From Macrostomum lignano (Eukaryota): a stretch of 64,000 nt of DNA. Numbering within the stretch: the stretch's first letter is position 1; every line of letters starts with the position of its first letter. The DNA lies in the NCBI GenBank assembly GCA_002269645.1, contig NIVC01000374.1, forward strand, positions 496,001-560,000, read 5' to 3'. Below, piece by piece: positions 1-12,912 of the stretch. The notes under the pieces were generated by a model. It was not told the DNA's origin. It worked only from the letters and a program-made list of their open reading frames with translations, and made no database searches. Position numbers and translations under genes: made by a program.

Positions 1-146
1 TTTTTCTAAAGCGCAGCGCGCGCACAGGCGCAGCGCCTGCGCGCGCTGCCCTTTCTTACTGGCTGCTGCTCTAGCAAATACATATACATGGAAATGGGTA
101 TAATACCTCTGTTGAAGGGGCTTATACACTCGTAATTTATTAAGCT

Positions 147-458
147 TAGAGATGTTCCGAAAATTCAATTTCAATTTTCCAAAATTTGAAATTTTTTAGA
201 GCGAATTTCAATTTCGAAATAAAATTTAGAAGTGAAAATTTTGGTAGTGTCTAAAAAGTCGCTAAAAATAAACTACTTTCTACTACATATACATGTATTA
301 CTTTTTGCTTAAGCAGTAAATTGAAAGTAAAAAAGTGAGTGTTGATCATACTAAACTTTGTTTTTCTGAATTATGATTTCGGGAAATTTCAATTTTGATT
401 TTGGAAAGTTAGCGAATTTTGATTTCGACGAAACTGCAGATCTTTCGGAACATCTCTA
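147..458. mobile_element. MITE (hAT-like) in the VDAC intron
   Basis: Perfect 16-bp TIRs TAGAGATGTTCCGAAA (147-162) and TTTCGGAACATCTCTA (443-458) around an AT-rich noncoding interior. The 8-bp flanks match only 5/8. Confidence 0.7.
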
Positions 459-557
459 ATAATCCTAAAGCGCGGTAAAATAGTTTGACTCTTTTCTAAA
501 GCGCGCGTCCGCGGGTTTTTAACATTTATTCCAATAGGGATCTAAACCAAATCGAAC

Positions 558-1262
558 CTTGAACTTGAAGAAGCTATCGCCCTCCAGCTTATACTTGGTG
601 GCCACGCCAAAATCCGTAGCGTGACTGCTAGACGACCAGCCGAGTTTAACGCCAGTCTCCAACGATTCCGACAGTTTCTGGTAGACAGAGCCAGAAAAGT
701 TGGTGCCATTCTCAACTCCGGCATAGAGACAGAAATCCTTAAGCTTATAGGCGACGCCATAGTTAAGCTTAGTAAGCTTCTGTCGCTCCGTGTCGTAGCC
801 GACATTGACGCCGCCGAAGAAGTTCTGATAGCCGAACACGCCGCTACCAACCAGGGTTGGCAAGTTAGATTTGAACTCCAGGTCCAAGCCTAGATTAGCG
901 TTGGAAGATTTGAATCCATTCTTCACCTTGGCGCTCTTCTTGCCAGTATTAGGCTCGAAATTGGCCTCGAGAGAATTCTTCAGACCCTTCACTAGCTTGT
1001 CCTCGATGGCCACCTCGGCGGTTACAACATTGCTAGTCTTCCACTTCTCAGTGAATGTGATTCCGTAGTCTTTGAACACGTATTTAGTCTCCAGGTCGCC
1101 GGCGGCACGACCAGTTTCCATATCGTGATTGCCGGTGGTTTTAAGTTCTACACCGGTTGAAGTCTTGGACTTGATCTCCGCTTTGACAGACCCAAATGTG
1201 TAGTCCCGGCTGAACAGGTCCGAGGCATCCTTGCCAAGATCGCCAAAGCTTGGTGGGGCCAT
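558..1262 (-). CDS. VDAC: Voltage-dependent anion channel (mitochondrial porin), first coding exon; the rest of the gene lies left of the window
   Basis: MAPPSFGDLGKDASDLFSRDYTFG...TEKW...ETGVKLGWSS...ATKYKL is typical VDAC sequence. Similarity stops at FFKFK, where a GT donor sits at 557-556, so the ORF tail VRFGLD... is intronic. Confidence 0.95.
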
Positions 1263-1849
1263 GTCTACTACGTGTTGCAGTGTAGTTTAGATCAGGGGAA
1301 AATATAATGAAGTGTCTTCTTTAAAGAGATTGCTGCCAAAGCTGAAGAGAAGTAGAGTGATTATCAAATACTATTGACTTTTGTGTGGCATAACACATCA
1401 ACCTGAATTTTAATAATGATTCCTGGAATATTAATACTTATACAAATTGTCAAATTTGAGTGATCTTTATTAATCACAGAAATATAGCTAGAAAGATAGC
1501 ATATTGAATTTAAAACCAAGAAGTAAATGGCATTTTAGAAGCTTCAGATAATTTTTAAAAAACCTAGCAGCTTGTACCTTTTCCTTGTATCTTTGCCACA
1601 TAACCAAAAGGTTCTCAAGCAATCAGTAAATACTATTTTAAAAGAAGTAGTATTATTAGGAACTTATAAGAACTTAGATACAGAAATTTTACATTTTCTG
1701 TCTTTAAAATCATATATTGGGCTTCTAACAAAAACTTATGTTTACAAAGCTATATTACAATCAGGTATATGCATTTTATTGCTTAAATTATAAACAGAAC
1801 AAATGAATTAGAACAAAAATAATTTGTGAGTTTTGAGGACCAATTGACG

Positions 1850-3655
1850 TCAGACGTTTATGTCAGGCGTCACCTCCACAGGGCTCGACAGGGCTCATAT
1901 GGCTGACAATCAACGCCTTGACTGGTCGCAAGAAGAGAACGGTGCTAAACTTGACTGGCGACACGCCAGAAGCGCGCAGAAATGAGCTACGCGACTTCTT
2001 TGCCGATATCGTCAATGTGCCGCCAGCGCCTCTGCCAGAAGTGATGCCACTGCCAGTCGAGACGGCGCTGCTGTTGCAGGAAGATTTCAACAACCAGCCA
2101 GTGACCAGCAACGACATTGTGCAGTTTGCTCGCCAGGCGCCAGGAGGTCGCGCCCCAGGACCGGACGAGGTGCCTATCGAGGTGCTGCGAGTCACAAGGG
2201 TTGCCATTGAGGTGGCTCGTGTGACGAACAGTGTCCTATCTGGAGATGCCGCACCCCACGAGTGGACAACCGCGCACATCGTTGCGATCCCAAAGAAGCC
2301 AGGCACGACACGGAAGGAGGAGCACAGGGGGATCTCGCTTATGTCCTGCTCCGCGAAGCTGTTTAACCAGGTGCTGCTGGCTTGGTTACAGCCTGTGCTG
2401 GACCAGTTCCTGCAAACTGAGCAGAACGGGTTCCGCCCACATTGCGGCACAGTGACGCAGATCCTAGCCCTCCGCCGCATCATTGAGTAGGCGCACATCC
2501 ATCAGTCAAGTCTCGTGGTGATCTTCATTGATTTCCTCAAGGCCTTCGATTTGCTGGCTTGCGGCGCACTGCCTCTTGTGCTTCGTGCGTACAATGTACC
2601 GGAGCAACTGATTTCCGCCATCATGGTGGTGTACCAGGACACAACCGCTTCGGTGATGACACCAGATGGACTGTCAGACCAATTCAGCACGTTGTCAGGC
2701 GTGCTACAGGGTGACACTTTGGCACCTTTTCTGTTTGTGCTGGCACTGGACTGGGTGCTGAGAACTGGCCTGCCCAACCTGGATGACGGCTTCTTTTTGA
2801 GAAGATGCACAAGTTGGCGGCACCTGGAGAAGCGGCTTTCCATTCTCGGCTACGCGGACGACCTTGTGCTACTTTTATCGATGGCTGAAGGTGTCCAGCG
2901 GCTGCTTGATGGCCTGATGGCGGCAGCATCGCAGGTCGGCCCTAAGCTGAATGCGCAGAAGACGGTAGTGTTCACAGTGCCCTCCGACTTGCCGGCCGAG
3001 ATCAATTACCAAGACGCTGCCGGGAATGCATTTATGCTTACCTGCTGCGAGCACTTTGTATACCTCGGCAGTTCTGTGCCGGATGTTGCCGATGACCTGA
3101 TGAGGACTGGCCTGGGCCGCATTTCGATCTGTGCACTCCATGCTCCAATCTGAGGCCCTGGACGACAGGCTCAAGGCTCGGCTGTTTCAGAGACTGTCCT
3201 GTTGTACAACACTAAGACTTGGACCCTGACGGACGCCTTGGAGAGGCAGCTGGACGCTGCGCATGCGGCAATGCTGCGTGCGGCTTTCGGAGTGCGCAGC
3301 GGCCCAGGCAGCGAGACCAATGCTGCGCTCTACACTAGGGCATGCCTGACGCAGCCTTCTGACCTGTTGCGCGGGCAGCGACTTTGACTGGCTGGCCACG
3401 TCATCCGGTTGGAGGCCTGCTGTCCTGAGCCGCTACACAACATGCTACTGCTCAAATTGCAGGGACCGCAGAGACGAGGCCAAGGGCAAATGGTGCGATA
3501 CCCTGACTGACTTTTGAGTGATGCTGGTGCCCCGGACCAAGCAGGGGGATGCGACTTCCTGAGGGCAATGGCCTAGAGACGCGCTTTCTGACTGCTCCTC
3601 CCTTTCTGGCTACTGCATAGCTAGCGGGAGCAGTACCTTGTTGTTGTTATTGTTG
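1850..3655 (+). mobile_element. 5'-truncated RTE-like non-LTR retrotransposon with a dead reverse transcriptase
   Basis: RT motifs APGPD, RGISL, QNGFRP, FIDFLKAFD, GVLQGDTLAP, YADD and YLGS. In-frame TAG at 2488-2490, later frameshifts, and a TTG-rich tail near 3640. Confidence 0.9.
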
Positions 3656-5909
3656 TAATAGAGCAATAAAAAAGGCACAACAAATCAAAAGATAAACACT
3701 AGATCTGCCTCCTATCAAAAGCAACTACAAATTTAGTGTTGAAATAATGAAAATATCCTATCTCCATGACTCTATAGTGTATTTTTTTAGAAAAAGTGCC
3801 TTCAAAAAAATTGCTAAAAAACAAGGTTTCCCATCTTTCTACTTAGGTTGTCCTTGTGATGGTGATGACAGATTGGAATATAGCAGCTACAGGAAATGGT
3901 TTCACCGTGGCTGCAACACTGGTGTGATACTTCAGGCATTCTTTTAAATATTATATAAGTGATGCATCATGTATTGTATATAGGAAATTTAATAGTAGGC
4001 CTAATAGTTATTAGTTAGTTCTGAGAGAGAGATGGGGGGCCTCCTAATTACACTACTAGGGCCTAATTACAACTGTAGGCCTTCATGTAGATTTAGTTAG
4101 TAATTCAGCAGATGAAATGGCTAATAGGCTAACATAACAGATGTCTGTTTGCATAATGTCTAGTTGACAAATTACCAGACAAAGTGCCAGTTGACGAAAT
4201 GCCAGTTGACGAAATGTCCTGGAACCAAATTTATAAGTATACAGTAACACAGGCAAACCTTTCCGGGACAGAAGTCCAAATATTTAAATGAAGAGGTTTT
4301 ATACTAGAAAAAGCTTGTTAGTAATGTAAGGCCTTTTCTTACCCTGCTGCACTAATGAATAAACGCACTAAAATATAAATAAATACAAACATAAGACATG
4401 GCAATAATATATATCATCAAATAGTAAAGAGGCTTTTCATATTACCAATTCCAGAATTAGAATCGGTTCGGATCTTCCAAGAAAAACAGCAGTATAACTA
4501 TTTAATTCTGTTGAATGTTTGACTGCCTTAACAACCTCACTTAGCACAATTTTTCACTTTCTTCTTGGCGATTTTCATTCAATAATAAAAACTTTATAGC
4601 ACCTATCTCCCCCTAATTATGGAGACAAAAAGTTATCTCCATATAGTGTACTTCACAAATTGGTTCTAGTTCTGGAACCAGAACAAACAATATAAATAGG
4701 CCCAAAGAGAAATTGCTAATTTAAATACAGTTACTAACTACAAGTACGTAAAGTAAATCTAAACTTTATATTATCTTTTTTAATTATTATTAATTGTAAA
4801 AATTAGTCCATTACTTGTTTATTTGTTTGAGTTTAAAGTCTAAAACCAACTTTTGTTGTAACGCCAGACACTTTAGTAAACTTTTAAAATTTATTGAGTA
4901 ACCATTAACCATTAAACGAGATTTCACTCATGTAGATTTGATATGAACAGGCTCTTCAGCTCAGGTCTGTTGGACCGACAAGTAATTATTTTTCGGTTTT
5001 TCGGTATGTATAATTATAAGCATATTTTTTTCGTCATGACTGATGCATCAAATTATCAACGTATCTTTTGCCTTAATTTATTGGGCGAGGGACCTACCTA
5101 TCACTATTTTGCAATTTCCAAAAAATGCAGCCTGAGCCCTAGCCTCTGACACTGTCACATTTCATCTAACAGTATCTATCGCGTTGCTTGGCTACTACAA
5201 ATGTTTAATTAACTTAGATAAGACTCCATATTATCCCTATTTTTGGTCATCTTATTCTTAATTCTGATATCAAATCTGTTTTAACTTTTTTTATTTTAAA
5301 GACTCCTTATGTCCTAATTATTATTATAGTAGGCCCTATTAATTCACTGCTAAATTCATTGCGCACGCTAACTGTAAAAATAAGTTATATTGTGGATCAT
5401 GGCCCATGCACTAAAACATAAAATTTTTAGTTTTTCAATTCCACACCAACATAAATTTTTAATAATGTACTCCAAGTATAAAGTAGCTTGAAGGCTATTT
5501 TTTTAGAGGATATATTTTTTATTTTTAAAAAACTATGAGTAGGGGCCTAATTGTTTTTGCTAGAAACTATTGTTTGTTTTACGTTTATTTTGAATTTTTC
5601 TGGCATAAAAACAAACTTCTGGACTATGAAAAGTAGAACTTGAGTGTACACATGCTATATAACCATGTTAAATGCATATAAAAGTCAAATTGTATCTATG
5701 ATTTGGCAGCAAGCAGCTTCTTGCACAAGCGCATATGATTGGGTGTATACATCTTCTTTTGGAGTGCATAAGTAAACTCTTTTTCAGCGCATAAGTATGC
5801 ACAAATTTGATAAATGTGCATAAATGTGTAGCAACTTTTGTGCAAAAATTCCATTTTGGTCTAGTATTGCATGCTTGTGCATAGTATGCATTAAGGGTGT
5901 TGACCAATT

Positions 5910-7030
5910 TTGTAACAAACAAATTTGGCAATGGCCAGGATAGAATTCTTGTATTTCTTAAGTCAAACAGAATTATGCGATTTTTTTATGGCGCGCAAAA
6001 TATTTTTTATTGGTCGCATTTTTTATTTTGGTACTTAGCACGTCGCAAAATAACGAAATAACGAGACAATAATGAAAAATGCATTCTAAGAAAATGTAGT
6101 GATTTGAATTTACGTCCAAATACATATGTTAGAGAATGTTACGAGTTTCTACTTTTTATAGAATTTTTTCAAATTTTTACTTTTGTGCCTTATTTAGTTT
6201 TTACTTTTTATTCTTTTTTTCTTCGTGATCTTAGCTAGTAGGATTATCTTTTGCAAAATCCAATATCTCAAGCGCACTTTTGCATATATTAAGAATTAGC
6301 AATTTTGTCTGAAATTCTGCGACGCATTTTTTCCGGATTTTTTGACGCAAAATCACATTTTTTTCTTGCAATCGCATAACGCGTTGTGATTTTTCTGCAA
6401 GAATTCCATCCAGGGGCAATGGAGATTCACAATAGAATGGACCAATTTAGTAAAAGCAAATTTGTCAATAATCTAGGCAAGTTTGGTGACAATTAATTCA
6501 ATAAAAACAATTGTATATAATTTTGATAAATTTCTTTAATATATTTATATTCTTTAATGTATAGGCCTATTAGCTTTCCCTTTTAATTAAGTTTGTTTAA
6601 TCTATCATTTATCCTTATGAGTTTTAAAATTCCTTTCCAAGAAATGTTAAATAGGCCTAATTTAAAGTTGGGTGGCCTTATAAACAAAAAATGTTTTGGA
6701 CTTTGAATTTGAAAAAAAACAAAAATACAATTTTTTCATATGTAATAAGTTCCTTCCATTGGTTATAATTTTAAGAAAAAAAATTGCAAACATATATAAA
6801 AAAAGACAAAAGTCTCTTATACATCACCATATTCTTAATGTAGGATATCCAATTTAATAACACACTTTTTGGTTAAACTTTAAACTTTCACAAGCATTTT
6901 AATAAAGCCTTTATTATATATAATTTGCTTTAACTTGTCTTTAGCTACAAAAAGATATATTACCAAATTTGCCTAGATTATTGCCAAATTTGTCTATATT
7001 AAATTTCTGTTGCCAAATTTGTATGTATCC
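5910..7030. mobile_element. Older MITE-like element with subterminal CAAATTTGGCAA repeats, interrupted by the 5935-6414 MITE
   Basis: Inverted match of about 33 bp between CAAATTTGTCAATAATCTAGGCAAGTTTGG (~6456-6485) and CCAAATTTGCCTAGATTATTGCCAAATTTG (~6963-6992), with further motif copies at ~5919 and ~7011. Confidence 0.45.
5935..6414. mobile_element. 480-bp MITE with an 8-bp target-site duplication (hAT/P type)
   Basis: TIRs CCAGGATAGAATTCTTG and CAAGAATTCCATCCAGG (15/17 match). Identical GGCAATGG on both flanks (5927-5934 and 6415-6422). Confidence 0.85.
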
Positions 7031-10000
7031 ATGCATCAAAGAGTCAAAAAAGTTTTTTGATATGCTTTGCACAGTAGTATGGCATATAAATAGTAAGAAA
7101 TATATAATACCATAGTTAGCAATCTAATAACTATGCCATACAAACTTTAATCCTTCTAAAAATGTGATATTTGTCACTTTTGAAGGAGTATTGTACATTT
7201 ATGGCAAGAAAAATAGTAAGTCATATATGCACAACCCTCCTCCCTTGATTTACAATGGCCATGTGATTTACTTTTTGACCAAAAATGCAACTTATAAAAA
7301 AACCCAAAAGCAATAAATAATGCAATTTTGAATAAATGATACTATGATAGAAGCAATTACCCTTTTTAAAGCTAAATGCCTTGTCATCTAATTAATACTG
7401 TCTGTATTCTCTTAGGTGGCCATTTTTGCAACTTATCCTTTGTCCACCACAATTTAGTGACTAGATTAGCTAGTTTAGCTAGCAGTTATACATGTAAGCA
7501 ATAATTACTAACAATAAATATAATAACTAAAAAGCAAAAATTTATTTTAGTTGCAGAAAAGTAAGCATTTCTATAAGCATTGATTATTTGTAATCTCCCA
7601 TAAAAAAGTCTAAACAAAAGGTATTTTATTGTTGCAACACCTCAAATTGTAACCCTCCCCTCAGTATATCAGTGTATTCTCAATGGATTTGATCCAACCC
7701 TCCTATGTGCAGCATGCAGAGCAAAAAATTCTCGCATGCAATGCATAATGCATAGGCCTACTTAGGACTATGCTATAACAAACTGTTTCTAGAGATTAAA
7801 GATTATAACTTTTTAAGCATTTATAGAACAAATGATTCTAGTACCCTTATAAATTGGCACCTTGTAAATTAGTACCAGTCCTTAGGCCTATATTTATTTT
7901 GATGGACCATCATTCTATTATGAATTTCTAATATAGCACTTCTTATAGATTTAGCTTTTAAGTATTACCACACCTTTTTAAAAAATAACACTAATCATAT
8001 ATTATATAATTAGTTTTGGATAACAATCATTTTAATATGAAAACTGCCTTAAAATACTTGCATTCCAAAAGTATAGACTATTTATTTTGAAAATAGATTT
8101 ACACTAAGCCTTAAACCACTTGCACATATGATGTCTTAAAATAAAATGGCCCTACTGCATGGTCATAGAGGCTTTGGCTTTAATTCTGTACATACTAGTG
8201 TAAAAAAACTGTGGATTACAAAAATGTAATTCTTTTAAGTTATATAAAAATAATTTTGCTATATAAAAAATTGCAGGCTAGATTTGGCCTGTGGAATGGA
8301 GTTTACTGACCCCTAATATAGGCTGCCTGTTTAATTAATGACTATTTAACTTTTATAAGCATTTGTCATTTTTGTTTAAATAAAGAACAGAGACAAATTT
8401 CAATTGTGATTGTCTATTGAAACTAGTAAATTGAGCAAAGATTATCATCAAAACAATTCTCAAAGCTTTAGTTTAGACCTAGTTCTAAAATGGATAAAAA
8501 TCTAGACCTTAGACATAGTTTATAAAGTGGCTTATATGCTAGAAAATTCTGGCATATTTTTGCTCTTGCTATCAATCTTTGCCTACACTTGTATATAGAA
8601 TTTTTAGGTTCAACATCAGTGTACATAGTTTGCATAAAAATTAGTTTTGGCATAGGCCTTAGTATATATAGTAAAGAACTCACATACCTATCCATATACC
8701 TACCTACCAACAGACCATTTTTAGTTCTTTATTAAGAAGTTAGAGACATTCTCTAAACATTAGAGATTTAGTATATTTAGATATATAGTGTAGTTAAATA
8801 TCAATCAAGAGAAAAGCTCTTAAAATAAGTAGAAATAATAGAAAATAATAATATTGCAACTTACAAGAAAAACAAAAATTAAAAGTCAGACAATTTCACC
8901 ACATTTTCAAGATTTTCAAGACCCAAGATCAATACTTTTGAGATAATCAAGATTTGATTGAGATTTAAGATTAAGCCTAATTGGTATCTAGTACATCTAG
9001 TATTTACACCATTCTTCTTCAATGCTAATATTTTTATTTGTTAAATGTTTAAAATGAATGATGATATGGAACTAGAAGAAATAGCAAGAATAATTTAATA
9101 TTAAGCTTGTTAATAACTTTGTGTATTAAATATAAATATGATAATAAGGATCTTGAATTATTAGATACATTTAATATTTTAATAAACTGCTAAAAATTCT
9201 TAACTTTTTTGAAATCTTGAAATCAAGATCAAGATTGAGAAGAAAAGTGCCAAGATCTTGATGATTAAGATTAGGATCTTGTTTGACACCTAGTCTTACA
9301 ATTCAATAAAACTCTTGTCTCTAATAAATATATTCTATCATACTTTCAACTTTATGCTTGTAAAATTTTAGGGGCCTAATTTATATTGGCATAGAATTGA
9401 AAAGACTAGAATTTTCACTTTGGCATATTCCTGTCATGATCCAGACTCTGGTATCTATCTAGACAGCTGCTTGTAGCCACATTTGACTTAGGATCATGCC
9501 ATATGTGCTAGAAACTTCTAGTGCATATTTGTGATAGCTAATGCACACATAAATCTGGATATAATTCCTTGATTTCTACTATGCTTACAACTCTTTCTGT
9601 CTTCCAACTTAACTTTTCCATCTCTTGACTTGATTGAATAAAAAACTTATAAATAAATGCCAGCAGAAAAAATAACTTCTCATTTGCTTCATTTTAAGCT
9701 TTTAAGAAGGAATTGAGCAATACTTCTGCCTTAGTCATTTAGGGATATAAAAAACCCCAAGCATTGGGAGAACTCATTCCATTCTTAGAACCCTTGTTAC
9801 AACTTTGGTGGCATCAGTGAGATAGTTTCTTAAGGATAGAAGCAACAGTACTGTTACACAAGCTACAGATATATAGGCTTTGCTAAATGCACAAGGATAT
9901 ATGCGATTTCTTAGAAAATCTTATATTTTACAAAATTATTGATATAATGTAGACAAACCATTTGAGCACCCTTTGAGATGTAATTCAACTGGATAAATTA

Positions 10001-10092
10001 CATAATCTCTCGATTTTTATGATAATGATAATATCAATATTATTTTTTATCCTCCAACTGTTAGGTAATTTATTCTAAAAAATTATTTTCAG

Positions 10093-11572
10093 AAGAGAAA
10101 GCTTAGCACCCATCGGCGCAGCGAGTCATCGGCCATCAAAGAGGCCAAGGCCGCTATGAAAGCCGCCGAAATTGAATCGTCACCAATGGAAACTGATGCA
10201 ACTGGGCGCTTGATGGAGTCGGATTGTGCTTCCGATCAGCTGCCAGCTGAAGTTGAAGATTTTAGTCGCCGTTTGCAGATCTGTCTGTCGCATTGTTGCA
10301 AATCAATGCCTGGCACTGACAAGCTGGCGTCCTGGCAGGTAGTAGCGCTTTTTTGCTTCAAGTGTTTCTGTTTGCATTTTCTTTGCTTTCAGCATTGCTT
10401 TCACTTCTCCTACTGACCCTTACAGTTGTCAATCATTCTTCCATTTGGCACCGCTACCCCCTCTCTGATCCTTCAGCTTGACGCCGCTACCCCCTCCCTG
10501 ATCCTTCAGCTTGGCGCCGCTACCCCCTCCCTGATCCTTCAGCTTGGCACCGCTACCCCCTCCCTGATCCTTCAGCTTGGCATCGCTACCCCCTCCCTGA
10601 TCCTTCAGCTTGGCATCGCTACCCCCTCCCTGATCCTTCAGCTTGGCACCGCTACCCCCTCCCTGATCCTTCAGCTTATCGCCGCTACCCCCTCCCTGAT
10701 CCTTCAGCTTGGCACCGCTACCCCCTCCCTGATCCTTCAGCTTGGCATCGCTACCCCCTCCCTGATCCTTCAGCTTGGCACCGCTACCCCCTCCCTGATC
10801 CTCAGCTTGGCACCGCTACCCCCTCCCTGATCATTCAGCTTGGCATCGCTACCCCCTCCCTGATCCTTCAGCTTGGCATCGCTACCCTCTCCCTGATCAT
10901 TCAGCTTGGCATCGCCACCCCCTCCCTGATTCTTAGCTGCAGAGTAGTTCGGGGACACAGCGGGGAGGCGAGGGTCGCCCCTTCCGCTACCCCTTATCCT
11001 TACTGTGTTCCCAGCATTTCAGTGGGCTTTGTCTTCTAACTTACTGTACTTTCTCTTCATATCATCAACCGTAGGAGAACGGCGGCGCCGGCCTGATAGC
11101 TGAACTGGCCTCCTTAATTGCTGAAGGCGGTGGCGCTTCAGACGGCGCCATACTGTTAGCGGTTCGCCAGCTCAGCACAGATCAGCTGCGCATTCTCTGG
11201 GCCTATCTGACCACCCAGCTTACAGCCGTAGCCTCATCAACGTCCAATCAGTCGATAGACATGGACCTGCTAGTGACCTGGCTTGACCTATTGCTAACGG
11301 CCAACTTCACACAGCTTGCAGCGGCCGCAGGCACAGCCAGACCGTCGCCTGGACCAATCAGCGCCGAGTCCCTAGCCAGCATGTCGGATTTGATTGACAG
11401 CCTGGCCGAGTTGCAATTCCAGCACGCCAAATTTGAGGCACTGCTAGACGCTTTGCCTATTATTGTTGAGTCTGGGAGAGCTGATCAACGGACTTCTTCT
11501 TTGGGCGCTACTAATAACAGCAACAACAGCAGCAGCCAATCATCGTATAGTATAGTCAAGGTCTCGCTGTGA
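10093..11572 (+). CDS. NOL11: Nucleolar protein 11-like, last two exons (10093-10338 and 11075-11572)
   Basis: Phase-0 AG/GT-bounded exons. LLAVRQLSTDQLRILWAYL...WLDLLLTANFTQL...YSIVKVSL* resembles the NOL11 C-terminus as recalled (...WICLLLDANFTVV...YSIEVLELF*). Upstream exons were not found. Confidence 0.6.
10440..10935. repeat. 33-bp minisatellite (CTTCAGCTTGGCACCGCTACCCCCTCCCTGATC), about 15 copies, intronic
   Basis: Direct tandem copies with period 33. Confidence 0.95.
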
Positions 11573-12179
11573 TTGGCTGAGTTAATATCTCTCTTCCCTC
11601 AACCCTTTGAGCCTTCATTTGGTGAATTAAAATAAAAATATCCTAGCGGATATCATAAGCCTCCCTTATTTAGCTCCTTTCCGACTTGCAGTTAAATTCA
11701 CCAAATTCTTGTCGGGTTCCCTTTGATCTATTTTAATTCACCACTAACGTTTAAAAACCCATTTTAATACTATCGACTAACTACTTGAAGTAGACGGCAC
11801 GGTTGAAATTCTTGTCAATTCTGCGCAAAATATGTGAACTTTTTGGCTCTAAGACTAATAATAGAAGAAAGCAATTAATTTATATTTCCTGACAATTGCC
11901 TGTCAGGTTGCAAGGCCCAGCAGCTTCAGTTTGAATGTTGTTTCGTTTGACGCTTTAATCTGGGTTAGAAAGATCCGATGAAAATAATCGTGATTAAAAG
12001 CCGCGTGTTGATCTTAAATAATGAATTTATTTCAATAGGCCACTAATGTGTGTACATATATTAAAGTGAGCCTGTTATTGTTTGAACAAGTTTGTTCGCC
12101 TTCTTTAATTTCGATTTAACAATTATGACAGCAGTTAGCCAGTGATATGGACTATTATCCAGAGCAGAGCTTTCTTTCT

Positions 12180-12800
12180 TTTGAGTTTAGCGCCGCTACC
12201 CCCTCCCTGATGCTTTGAGTTTAGCGCCGCTACCCCCTCCCTGATGCTTTGAGTTTAGCGCCGCTACCCCCTCCCAGATGCTTTGAGTTTAGCACCGCTA
12301 TCCCCTCCCTGATGCTTTGAGTTTAGCGCCGCTACCCCCTCCCTGATGCTTTGAGTTTAGCGCCGCTACCCCCTCCCTGATGCTTTGAGTTTAGCGCCGC
12401 TACCCCCCCTGATGCTTTGAGTTTAGCGCCGCTACCCCCTCCCTGATGCTTTGAGTTTAGCGCCGCTATCCCCTCCCTGATGCTTTGAGTTTAGCGCCGC
12501 TACCCCCTCCCTGATGCTTTGAGTTTAGCGCCGCTACCCCCTCCCTGATGCTTTGAGTTTAGCGCCGCTACCCCCTCCCTGATGCTTTGAGTATAGCGCC
12601 GCTACCCCCTCCCTGATGCTTTGAGTTTAGCGCCGCTACCCCCTCCCTGATGCTTTGAGTTTAGCGCCGCTACCCCCTCCCTGATGCTTTGAGTTTAGCG
12701 CCGCTACCCCCTCCCTGATGCTTTGAGTTTAGCGCCGCTACCCCCTCCCTGATGCTTTGAGTTTAGCGCCGCTACCCCCTCCCTGATGCTTTGAGTTTAT
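12180..12800. repeat. 34-bp minisatellite (GAGTTTAGCGCCGCTACCCCCTCCCTGATGCTTT), about 18 copies
   Basis: Direct tandem copies with period 34; shares its core with the 10440 array. Confidence 0.95.
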
Positions 12801-12912
12801 TCGCTACGTCGAAGTTTAGCAAAGGTTTAGCTGAATTCTGTTAGTAAAGTTTATTTGTACTTTTAATTTTATCAAAGAAGAAAAACCCAACTAATTTGCA
12901 GCAAGCGATGCC

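Noticed and set aside
519-557. VDAC C-terminus VRFGLDPYWNKC
   Set aside because: Read-through into the intron; VDAC needs about 45 more residues.
8780-9295. Possible hAT MITE with CAAGAT subterminal repeats
   Set aside because: The left TIR is too decayed and there is no TSD, so it cannot be bounded.
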